The notes under the pieces were generated by a model. That model was not told where the DNA came from. It was given only the letters and a program-made list of their open reading frames with translations, and did no database searches. The translations under genes and the position numbers were made by a program. 64,000 nt of DNA from Marsupella aquatica (lineage: Eukaryota > Plantae > Marchantiophyta), in NCBI GenBank assembly GCA_973895155.1, contig OZ316893.1, positions 10,607,660 through 10,671,659 of the forward strand, given 5' to 3'. Below, piece after piece: positions 34,701-46,500 of this stretch; the stretch's first letter is position 1; each line of letters begins with the position of its first letter.

Positions 34701-37700
34701 CCATACCAAAATCTGCATCGGCTCAGTAGCCAGAGGCAGTTGAGGACTGTCAACATTTGCATTTGACTGTTGAGAAGTGCTCTCTCGAAGCTTTTCTTTG
34801 CTTTCATCCATTGTAGACATGGTCCTGCCAATGATGTCGACCATTGTAGATATGGTCCTGCCAAAGAACTTCACAAAGCATGAATTCATGTGACTCTCCT
34901 TCCTTCACCCGATTATTTCCAATGTAAAAGTAAACTCCATAAACTTCGTAACAATTATCAGATAAGGAACTCCAGTTAACCAAGCAATAGTGTGAATCTT
35001 ATAGCATTATCCTAAAGCCAGGCCTGCAGAAACTTGGTCCGAGATGTCTCAACAAACCAGGTTTCCGAAAAAGTGGACAGACTGTTCAAAGGCACAATTC
35101 GATCCGCTATATTCAAGAAAGATCTAACAACGTCGTTGCATCTACTGAAAAGCAACAAGATTACAATACCTAGGTGAGTTGTTCAAATTATCATCGGTCA
35201 GATTGAGTAGGGAGAATCTGTTGTCAGTAAACTCTCCATATAAAGCATCATTTGAAGTGTTTCCATCATCTGAGAAAATAATCATGCCATTAGAAAACAA
35301 CGGGCGGATCCTTCAATCTGTGTTAATAGGGGTAACATGCAAAGCTAAGTCCAATCTGAATGGAGCCCAACCCCTGTTTAAAGCGTGATTTCTGTATTCA
35401 CTGCCCCGTAGAGTTGATGACTTAAATTTCCACCAGGATAGGTACATTTCACCACTAACGCTTTTGTAGGCGTAGGGACAGTTTGCTGTAGATCCCTCAA
35501 CAAACATAACAACCACGTTCCCAGTGCCCCTTTCAAAGAGTAGCCTGCTTGCTTGTCAAAACTGTACAATTCATAATGACCACCGCTTGGGCCAACAACA
35601 TATAGATATTTAGAAGATGGCAGAACATACATGGCAATGATGGATTGCGAAGAGCTGCTTCAAGCATGGCCTTGAAATCCAAAGCAGCAGAGACAGCCGG
35701 TTCTGTGCCTTCTTCCTGCAAGTTTACCGAGCTCATTCTCACCAAGGAGACTTGAATGCTTTGTATGAACGAGATTCTTACAATATTTAACTTAGCATCT
35801 GGTATTCATGTCAGCTACCCTTTAAGTGCTTGCAAAGTTGGATCTTGCACATGCCAGCAACTATGACCAAGTCCAAACTAAACATAAGACTCGCTCACAC
35901 TAGTAACATCTGTAGAACAGTTTTGATACACCCAACAGCAACAACTAGATGCAATAAGACAAAGAACATTTCGGAGGTAAGTTCGTTCCAAAAGTTTTCA
36001 ACAGAGTACCATAACTTCAACTGATAGGGTAGAAATAAGCACCTGAGAGTCAAAAGCATCACTATCTGTTCCGGATGCATCTCCTTCAGAGAGAATCCCA
36101 GTACCACTGAGCTCGGCTGCCAAACCTGCTCTCACGCTTTCCACCTCAGTATCAGATTCAGGATCGAGATGCCAGTGTCTCAAGTCTGCAAGCAGAGGGC
36201 ATGGTCAGGACCCAACCACTAAGAATAGAAGGCTATAGAAACCTCAAGATAAGTCAGGAAACAATGAAGACATTTATACAACATCAAATTCGTTTAGTCA
36301 TCTGAATCTCAGCATGGACAGAACTGTCTGCTGTGCAAGAAAAAGAACAAGGTTTGCATTCTATCTTTGAATCGGCGGTCGTGGTCACAACCTGCAAGTC
36401 CACAATGCACATCTTTTGTGAACTCCTCTGACCCTACAATGTGAGGGAGGATCTGGATTCTTTCACCATGATGCGGAATTCTCTGCAAGTTGAAAAGGCC
36501 CCCATGAGTACCCTTAGAAACAGGGACAAACCATTATTGCTACACTATAGGGATGTAATAGAGCATGGACTTATAAAATAGCTGTCATGCTTGCCTAGGT
36601 AGCCTTTGTCCACACGCCGTATTCAGCCATCGGAGAATTCCAATCAATTCGGGGCAATTTTATACGATTATACGTTCTTTGGACCTTGCATTTGTGGGTA
36701 AAATCCCAGAGATTCAAGAGATAGTGTCAGGCTTCCATGTTTTACAAGGCACTTAAAGGATAGCAGCAAGGTACCACTTTGTTCCGTGATCCATGTTGCA
36801 CGGTTCCTGGATCAACCTGGCGGCCACCTCTCTCGAACGCTGCCCACGCAAATGCTACAGCATCCTTATAGCGTGGAAGAATCTCATCCTCGTAGCTTTC
36901 GGTTGGTATCGAAGGCGGCTTAGTGTATTTTTGCGACATTCCTGGAGTGACCGAGTCTGTCTCATCCTCTTCATACACGTGCTGTGGACAAGACAGACTA
37001 TAATGAGCACAACTTAAACTGAGTGTTCACAGCAAGTTCTAACTCCAAACACGACCTGTTATATTAGCTTTTCATGTTTCTCAGCGGTCAAAAGGTGAAG
37101 TAGTAATACATCCACATATTACGCAATAGGACCGAAGAGAAAAAGGTAACAAACATCACATTTTCAACAAATTGCGAGCTTGAAAGGCGTCGAAAACTGT
37201 TGAAAGTGTTTTGCAGATTTAATTCCACCGTATCCATCTCCTCCACTATTTGTTGCACTTCATCTGCAACAGCGTTTGTTTGACCCTTCAATTTCTCAGA
37301 AAAATCTTCTAGCCACTCCAGCAGCTGCACTCAATAGGACCGAAGTCAGTAACAGAAGGACCTTAATCAACTTTTTAGAGCAATTATCATCCCTCAAAGA
37401 AAAATAAGCCTAAAAGGCCCAAGGCCCTCTCAATGAAGATTAGTCCCGAGCTAGAGAGGGCTCAGGAACAATAGTTCCTCCCTCCCTCCCTTCCTTCCTG
37501 TCGTCTGTCTGTCCGAAGGACAAATACCGGGTGACCCAGGGAAACACAAGGGTGCCATGGTTATTGAGCCGGGACATATATAGCATATGTGATAAGGCAG
37601 ACTGTTTGGATGTGAAGCTCAAAAGGGCTACAAGTTTAGGTTTGACTACATAGCATGTCATAACTTTTACAGTAAAAGCCAGCAAAGTACACAAACTTTC

Positions 37701-38037
37701 TCAGATAGCCATTCAATGCTGACGAAGAAAATGACAAAGGAAACAAAAACGACCCCCTCATTATAAGCACATGACAACGCCATACATTATAGATCAACCA
37801 TATGTCACGTAGACCACAGAAAAGCTTCTAATGACCACTTGTACTACAGTAAATACGAATGTCGGAAAACCCAGCTGAAATGGGGAAAAAGGAGGAACGG
37901 CACCAGACAGTCCTCGAATCTCTCAAAGAGCGCTCGCTATGGCCTCCGAGCGAGATCCACACCTGGGTTGCAGCCGTCTGCCGCGCAGCATCGGATCCGG
38001 GAACAGCACCGACGATCGTAGCTGAAACCGCGGCCAT
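31714..38037 (-). CDS. WASHC2: WASH complex subunit 2 (FAM21/WASHC2)-like protein, 11 coding exons, about 1071 aa
   Basis: Phase-consistent GT-AG exons: 38037-37963, 37324-37160, 36981-36775, 36482-36392, 36185-36043, 35715-35631, 35269-35170, 34857-34707, 34308-32921, 32765-32611, 32369-31714. The N-terminal LLEWLEDFSEKL...LQNTFNSFRRLSSSQFVEN-HVYEEDE and LPHIVGSEEF..DVHCGL match the FAM21 head. The long acidic, disordered tail carries LF-acidic (LFa) motifs (PLFDDDDDDDTEDLFG, LLFGDDEDDEDALFG, GGLFDDDEDDEDED). The start exon and some acceptors are less certain. Confidence 0.85.
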
Positions 38038-38967
38038 CTCCAATAAGAACAGCTATAACAGAATGATAACAGTGTCGCACCCTCTGCCCTGCTCTGCTTT
38101 TCTTGGGCGAAAGCCAAGGCTCGTCGCTCGGCTGATTCTCTTGCTCCTCTTCGTCACATCTCCAGGGGATCTGCAGTTGATCATGTACCAAATGTCTCAA
38201 TTCCAGCGAAAACTACCTCAGCTAAGAATTCTTTAGGCTACAACAACGCCAAACTAAGATGTCAAAGTAACCCTTCGATGAAACGCCATGAGATATCGGG
38301 AGGAACGCGTCAATTTGGAAGGATATTCTATGATCCTTCCCCAAGTAGACATTTTTCATTTTTTTTGCGTCAATGCCATGCTCCAACATTATAACATTTC
38401 AACCATTATCCGACCACTGAATTTACAGGCCACAGCGATAGTTCGGAACAGAAGGGGACTTGCAGAGGAGGCCGCATTCAATTGTTCGCATTCAATTGGC
38501 CGTAGTGAGATCCTCAAAGATCAATCAGAGGACTCGCCCGTCCAAATGGACAATCTCCTCACATGCTCCACTTAAGGTTCATTCACAACGAAGCTGAGAA
38601 TTTCTCTCTTCCAGCTCAACGCAGATCATTCTATCACCAGGCACAACACTACGACGTTGACGTTTTCATTACGAAGTACAATGAAGGCGAGAATTCATCA
38701 ACGAAATTGGGAAACGGAGAAGAGATCAGAGAAAACTTACCGTGTCCACGAGAGGAGAGGATCCTGGAATTGTCTAAACCGTGCTCTGGGGAGCTGCCAC
38801 AGCACACTCCGCAGTTTTCCTCTCCTTGTGCAGCTAACATCTTCACATCTTCTTCGTCCACAGAGCGAGGTGCTCGTTTTCTCTGCTGCTGCAAACTCGA
38901 TCAGCTTCGAGCTTACAAACCTCGTGTGACTCATGGACGGAAGTTAATCTGGAGTCGAATTAATGCT

Positions 38968-39818
38968 AGTTCACATTAATTAGCCCATAACTTGGTTTTA
39001 GAGACGAGAATCAAGATGGGGATTTAGCATTACTAGCCTGGATTACCTGTCCCTTCTTTGAACGTGAATAGCCGAGAGAATACCCGAGAGTACAATAAAA
39101 ATATTATCAAAATATATTATCTATTCATATTCTTTGAAGGTTAATGAAATGATAAAAAAAATTCATCATTTTAATAGTTATATATAATATACCATTCTCG
39201 ACTACCCATTCTTTGATTGTGAGTAGCGAAAGGACAATAAAAATATTATCAAAATATGTTTTCTATACATATTTTTTGAAGGTTAATGAAATAATAAAAA
39301 ACCCATCATTTTAATAGTTATATATAATATACCATTCTCCTTTATGTGCACATCAATCTTTTTGTATGCATGTTTATCTTCTGTGCACATATGTTGTGGT
39401 GGGGGCCATAGTGCCCCTATTTTTTGAATGTAAATACTTAGAAATTATCATTAAAAAACTTGCATGCACCAGTTGACATACATCATAGTCATGTCATGAG
39501 TTTTTCCCATGCACATGATGACCATAGAGTTACGGTCTAGAGACTTCACTCTAGACCTAGGTTCTTAAAAGTAGACTTTAGTTGGCGCTTTTATAGTAAG
39601 ATGAGCCACCTAGCTGCCCGTACCTACAGTAGCCTTCCATATTTCCTGATGCTGATATGAGATTGAAGTATTGAGCAATTGCAAGTTCACATTCATTAGC
39701 CCATAACTTGGTATTAGAAACGAGAATCAAGATGGGGAATTAGCATTGATAGCCAGTACCTAGCTGCCCAACCTAGGTGCCCAATTTTTCTGATGCTGAT
39801 ATGAGATTAAGTATTGAG
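38968..39818. repeat. Cluster of interleaved short direct duplications
   Basis: 38968-39038 ~ 39685-39754; 39093-39199 ~ 39234-39339; 39608-39676 ~ 39758-39818. Confidence 0.85.
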
Positions 39819-39834
39819 GAATCCCGACTGGTTA

Positions 39835-39935
39835 CTACTGTAACTCTGTGGTAGAGGAGCTCAATGGGGCCGGGTCGAGTTCAGATCCTGCTGGCGCCAA
39901 TAGCTTTGTCATTCACCCCACCCAAAAGTGGGGTT
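39835..39935 (+). mobile_element. Degenerate tRNA-like/SINE head
   Basis: TAACTCTGTGGTAGAG (A-box-like), GAGTTCAGATCC (B-box-like) and GGCGCCA, followed by a small CACCC...GTGGG hairpin. No intact cloverleaf. Confidence 0.35.
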
Positions 39936-42900
39936 CATTCAGACCCTATTCATACTTGACTTGCCCGGTTGCATATGGGTCCAGCTGTGTAGGGAGCTCT
40001 TAATGAGCCTTGAGATTGTGTTTTGTTCTGAATTAACTTGGTGGTACATGGGAGTTTGGGGCCATATCTTGATGATGATATATACAATTAAACCGTCATC
40101 AGTCGTATATAAGGGGAAGGGTCTAAATTTTCTCCCTTTTTTCACATTCCATTTATTCTTCTCTTCAACCATAACCATGCCACTTCGTTCCACAATTTCA
40201 GGAAAAATGTATTATTAACTGTAAAACTTGGTGGATCCAGGTTTTGTCATGAAATTTGGTGGATTCAGGTTTTGTCATGGCTAGTGGTGGTTTGAATACA
40301 ATTTGCACTCCATTATGAGGTATTTTGTTGATAGTACATGGTCGCCTGCATATGTGGGGAGACCTAAAATCATTGTTAGCTTTATGTAGTTATTTTTCTT
40401 AGAGGGGTCCTAGGCTTTGTTTCTTTGGAGTTTCTTTAGCCTCTTCAGCCAAGGTCCTAAAAAAAGAGAAAAATCATTCCCATCCAAAAATATATATTTA
40501 AAAAGGCTGTGGGGCCATGAGGGGAATTGGAATATATTAGGTTCCCCCTACTTTTTTTAGAATAAAGTTTATCAGTGTCTCTTTTTGTCTTTGAAGGAAA
40601 GATGCACTGATAAACTTTATTCTAAAAAAAAGTATTGGGACCTCACTCTCACTCTTGTGATCTTTAAAATTTCTTTTGGCTCCCCTTTCCTTTGCTTTGT
40701 ACCGGGCATGCCTAAGTATCCAGTGTATATTTTTGTTCCCCAACCTTCACTTGTACCATTTTTGTACAAACATGCCTTTGTACACGGTGTGTACCTCACA
40801 CCTTTCTATTCACTCCACTTAATACCCCACTGCAGCACACATGCTTACCTGACCTAATCTTCTCTGCCAGTTATTAAATTAAGCACTTGCGCTTCCTTCT
40901 CTTTCCTATATGAAATTATGAAACTGCTATATGGTGAATCTAACTTTTAGGTTTTGTCTTATTTATATTTTGTGTTTAATATTTGAATTTTAATGTGCCT
41001 TAACAAGGTGAATCATTTATATTAATTTGATTTTGCATTAACTTTTAGACCCTTTTTAATTTTAGTGAATTTAGAGTATTTGAATATATTTGGCTCCCCT
41101 CCTAAATGTTTAATTTTTCCTTTTCAATCACTCCTTAGCTTTTTCTCATGAGAGTGAGACAAATGAATTTGAACAATGTACACATCTTGTGTATTAAGTT
41201 TCCCCTCATGGTTTCCTTTGCAAAATTTATGGTTTTAATTGAGTTGATTGTCACTACCTAGAAGCAAGTGCTAATCTGTACTATATGTGCACAATTCTTT
41301 AGTACTTTTGTACTTTCTTGGCCATAATGTGCTTTTTTGGCATGTGAAAGGTGTCACTCAATCTTTGATGTCACTTACTCTTAATTAACAGATTAATTTA
41401 TTGGCATATAGTTTACATGTATCTACTTCTTTTATCATAAAATAAGTTAAATGAATTACATATCATTACAAGACAAAAACAGAGGCATGTTCCAACAAAA
41501 ATAGAGGCATGTTCCAGGATGAACATGCTATATGAACAAGTGTGCATGTGACTGACAAACATCCAAGTATCCCCATCCCATTGGAGCCCGTCCCTGCACC
41601 TACTGTGAACCCTCTGTTTGGAATCCAATGACACTCATAATAACCCTTTGTTTGGAATCCAATGGCACTCATAATACGGAGTGCAAAGGAACGGTGAGGA
41701 TTGATTCCCAGGTAGATTGCATTTCATAAATAGAAATGGATCATTAGTGTTTGATGGAAGAATCTTTTAGCGAAACCTGGGGTTCGCAATGGTGGTGTTC
41801 TACTTTGGATGAAGAGCCGGCAGCCAATGGTAGACTTATGACAAGAGGGTACTCTAGATATAGATGGATGGATAGGTGAACCAATTAGCGGAACCTGGAT
41901 CCGCCCTGGTACCCGGCTCCACTGGGAGTGGGAGTGTCACCACCCCTATCCCAGGTTTGCTCCATGTGATTCTATTCACATGCAGAAAACCCACTGTAGC
42001 ACTCGTTGGTGGGAGACTTCGAAGTGTACTTTGTGGCTTCAACTGGTTCCATATTCTGATGTCGGCTTTCGACTTTTGCCCAGTCTTGGGAAGGTGTCTG
42101 GTTTGCCCAGCTCTGGTTGTTTCGATTCCTATTCGTCATTGTTGGTGCGTTTCTGTTTATCAAACTGGGGAATGTGCAAACTTGAGAATCAAATCTGAAA
42201 TCGAATGCAAAATTCAGACTCAGATCTCAAAAATCGAAATGAACAACCGCTTGCATGTACGATTCCGACTGATGCCTCGGGCTCGACATATGGACGAAAA
42301 TTGTCGTGCAGCAAGAACCCTTGCAGTTTCAATCTATGTGCAAACAGAGAGACCACATGCAAGGTTTGTCACATCCATGATGACCGATTTTAATCCTACA
42401 TTCCAACTTCTCCCTTTTTTCAATTCCTGGTTTACTGGTCAGTTGTGAATGCTTTCGAGAAATCAAATAGAATTCTTTTGTCTGGCAAGCTGCAATCGGA
42501 AGAAAGATCTGTTCTTGAATGGTGTGTATTTGGATCCAAGATCACATACTACATGTGGTACCAGATAAGATTCTACAAAATCTGCTGGCTACCTTGGAGC
42601 TCAGGCCAAACTCCTGTTGCTTTAGTATCTACTTATGCTTTGAAGTTACAAAACCAATATATCAAATGACTTCAGCGAACTTGCCTAAAATGAATGTGAT
42701 TTAATCAATAAAATGGACCCTGTAATCGAGCCCACAAGCTAATCTAGAGGTTTAGATACTTGTCTACATAGAAGGGCACCTATAATCAGCCCAATGGCAG
42801 CACACGAATTTCCAGTAGTGCTAATGATAATGTACACGTCTTCCCAACCCACAATATACCTTTAATATTTTCTCTCAATAATTCCATGGCCGCTTGCATC

Positions 42901-43522
42901 GCCGCAGCTCGTGTGCCTCTCTGAAGAAGGGATGGTACTCTCGTCACTCTTGTTCCGATTTTTCCAAATTCTCCCAAGTGCCAAACCCCAGCATCCCTCT
43001 CATAATTGCTTCATTGCTGCTCTTGATGCCTGTAAGTGCCCAATGGGGCTGTAATAGATCCAGCAGCGATCTTGCCTGTAACTTCTCATCGTTCCCACCT
43101 GTAAGCACCATCTACTAAGTGATGAGACCTGGTTGTCAAGAGTGAGCGTCTTCAGTTTAGAGATAAACACTAGGGTACTAACGGGTACTAAATCCTTCAA
43201 TTGCTGACTAGTTCTTCGTTTTCCTTCAGTCCCCACAAATCCTTCACACAAGTAAGCTCTTAAAGCTGTCCTTGGTGCTCTAGGGTTTGATCACCAAATA
43301 CATTCCAGCAGAGGAACATGGCACACAAGCCTCCAGAGGCATCTCAACCATCTCATTGGATTGCTAAAACGGGTCCCTAAAAGGTAGTGTAACGAATTGA
43401 TGTTGAAGCATCAGGAATGACAATCAATAAGATTACCATGAATGCCCACTTGAAGTACGTAGCGGACGATATAAACAATAAGTGAGATGGGAAACTTCCT
43501 GTCACTTTTGCACAAGTCACTA

Positions 43523-46500
43523 TTATACATGACTAATAGGTATGGGAGGGGTTGGATAAGTTTGATGAGAACGTGCAGATGCTGCTCGTGATGATGACGA
43601 AGCTTGTCGAGTATCCTTCGATAACACGCTATTGTTAATACCAAATGCTCCGTAAATAATAACGCCAATTGCCAACCACAGACCTACTCTTAGCCAGGTG
43701 GGCAATCTGCAAAGGAATAGTCAGGAATCAGGAAAATTTTCGCTCAAATATGGAAGTAAGAGATGTCCCTACTCTTAGAAACACCCCACCACTAAAAGAA
43801 TTGAAATTATTTCAATTACGATTCTCATAAAGCTTCACACAAGAAGAAAGATGGTAGTACTTCATCAAGGCTGTGCTTGCATCTTCACTAATACAAGCCC
43901 TTGACGCTAGCATGGAGATACTAGTATCTATCTTTGCGAATGACAAGGATAAGCAAAAAAAAGGGATTATTACCCCAAATTTACAAGTAGATACACATTT
44001 ATTAGGACGGATAAAACTGGCAACGCTGGAACCCAGGGACAAACAAAACCTGCACAAAAGCCATACAGAAGTCGCGATATGAGTATCATGGGCAATGCCA
44101 ATGTGGAGATTGGAAGTATGAATCTGCCCTTTCTGCATACAGATACTTTGATCACTTCATGCACCAACCAAAGGACAACACTCCATAATTTTCAGCTCAA
44201 GATCTGACAGAAAAATGGACGCCAGCGTTGGTATCAATGTCCAAAGACCAGAGTTGAATGGCAGCAGCCTACCTCCTGCATCGCCAAATTTGTGGCGTCC
44301 TTCATCTTGGTCAATCAAAAACAGCACCACAGTTCCAGCAAGAAATACAGGCACCCCAAGCACAAGTATCGTCCATGTTAACCACCTGATATTCAAATGA
44401 TACACTAGTTAGCACATCAGCACAGAATTGTGCTTTAGTATTTTGAAAGGGCTTCGGCAAGAATATTGTATAAAAATTCACAGTGCCCTTCTAAAACCAA
44501 CCTCCCCCTGTGATAGCTTATTGGCCTGGCCTGGCCTGGCCTGGCCTGGCGTGGCCTGGCTTAGCTTGTAGGAGATTCAAATACATTTCAGTTGCACTTC
44601 ATGAAAGAACTTCTACAGTCAAATGATTTATACTTTGGTTTGAAGTAAGTCTGTATTGATTGAGAGATCCCCCCGTAACAACCAAAATTTACATAACGAG
44701 TTGAGAATAATGATTGGATTTTGCTTGTAGATCCATCTAAGGGTGCATCAATTAGAGGAACATGTTTCATGTTTTCAGTAACATTTACAACCTTCATGAG
44801 TGAACTCTTGGGATTTTGAACTGTTCAATCTCTGCTACATTAGAAATTTTCATTTGTCGTTCATTCATTGCACGTACTGAACATTAGTATACAATCATTA
44901 GCTACCAAACTTCATACGTTAGTCCAGCTTTCGCATTTTCAGAAGCTCAAAGAAGTTTTTCCCCGGTTACTCAGAACCAAGTTCAAATCAGTTCATGTAA
45001 ACTGAAATTAGCTTTTACCAAGTGTGCAAACAACTCACTTGTTCAAGCAAGACAGCAGTTCTACAATTTCATTTGAGGGTCAGAGAAGACCGTGAAATAG
45101 TGACTGAAGGCTGGCATGCAGCCAGTATCAGTACTATCTCATGGCATGGTTTGTTTCTATAAAGCTGAGCACAAAGAACATGCGTCACTGGCAGCTCCAC
45201 ATTTATATCTTGTTTAAGAACTTACAGTGGCAGTGGAAGAGATCCACCAATGCTGACCAACAAAGCTCCAAGACATACGCCCGCAATTCCAAAGGCTGCT
45301 GCCCATCGCCTTGCATCGTCTCTAGACATCTCTGCAACCGTTCAGTGCCTTTAGTACACATTAAAATACTTCTGTACAATAACAGTGTCTGTGCTGGAAG
45401 CGTATCTTTACTGAATCCTTTAAGCAAATTCATATCAAGCAGCTGCCTGAAGCTACGATCCGTTGGAAACGTCCCTGACCACTCCCAAAACACAAGATTT
45501 GAAAGCTGAAGGACTGTAAACTTGGGTATTGAAGACTAGCACGAGGACGCTCCGACTGTGCAAACCCTATTGGAAATAACGTAAGAACTCCCTTTCGACA
45601 AATGTTTCAGCAAACAACTGTTGAAGATTGGTACATCAATCTGCACATGTTGAGTTGATTGAAATAATCCAAATAAAAATATGACGATATCTGGACGAAT
45701 CAGATCCTCAACAATAGATACGGATGAATGTTTGATAGCTTACAGCGAATCCAAGATTTACTACACTGTTAAAACTGGAAGGACGAATTAGATCCTTGGC
45801 CACTAGATAATAATGAATATTTACCTTCTACAGGGGGTTGATGGGCAATCAAAGGATCATAGATAGAATCATTTGAATCTTTTATTGGATCCTTCTCCGC
45901 CTTGGGTGAATCAGGTTCGCCCACTTCCTCATCAGAACTGCTGCTGCCTGTATCTGAAGAGTGCTGATTTTGTGATGGCCGGTGCTCCTCAATGGCCTGC
46001 AGAAAACCTGGCAATGATGACATCGAGGACTCTGAGAGCAAGGAGAGCACCGGAGAAAAGTAGTGCTTCCTTGAGAGCATCCCAAAAAATGTAGGTGGGG
46101 GTGCGCTTTCTGGCGGAGTTTGTGCCTGCGCTCTGGCTGCTGCTCGAGCAAGTGCTTGAGGGGAAGGCTCAATAACAATGGGTGGATCCACGGGTGGAGC
46201 AAATCTCAAAATAAGAATGGAGACTGCCACAATTGAGAAAGCCAACAGTGTTCCAACGCTAACCTGTGGTGGCAAAGAAGAACAACGCAAAGTCATCAAC
46301 TTCCATATCATCAAATGTGTCCGGAAGAGAGGTAGACTATACCAAAAAAATTCGATGTCATGATAGAAATCTATGACTGCAGCTGTCTGATCAGAGTTTG
46401 GGCACAACCAATCTCTTCCATGCTTCAAAAACGCCTCGATGCCATATACAAATTTTTAGATCTACCATACAAGGAACAATACTTGATGCCATTTGATTCA

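Noticed and set aside
36595-36684. Apparent WASHC2 exon (VQRTYNRIKLP...) ending in a stop, suggesting a pseudogene
   Set aside because: A better exon at 36482-36392 (LPHIVGSEEF..CGL) has canonical splice sites and correct phases, so the gene is intact.
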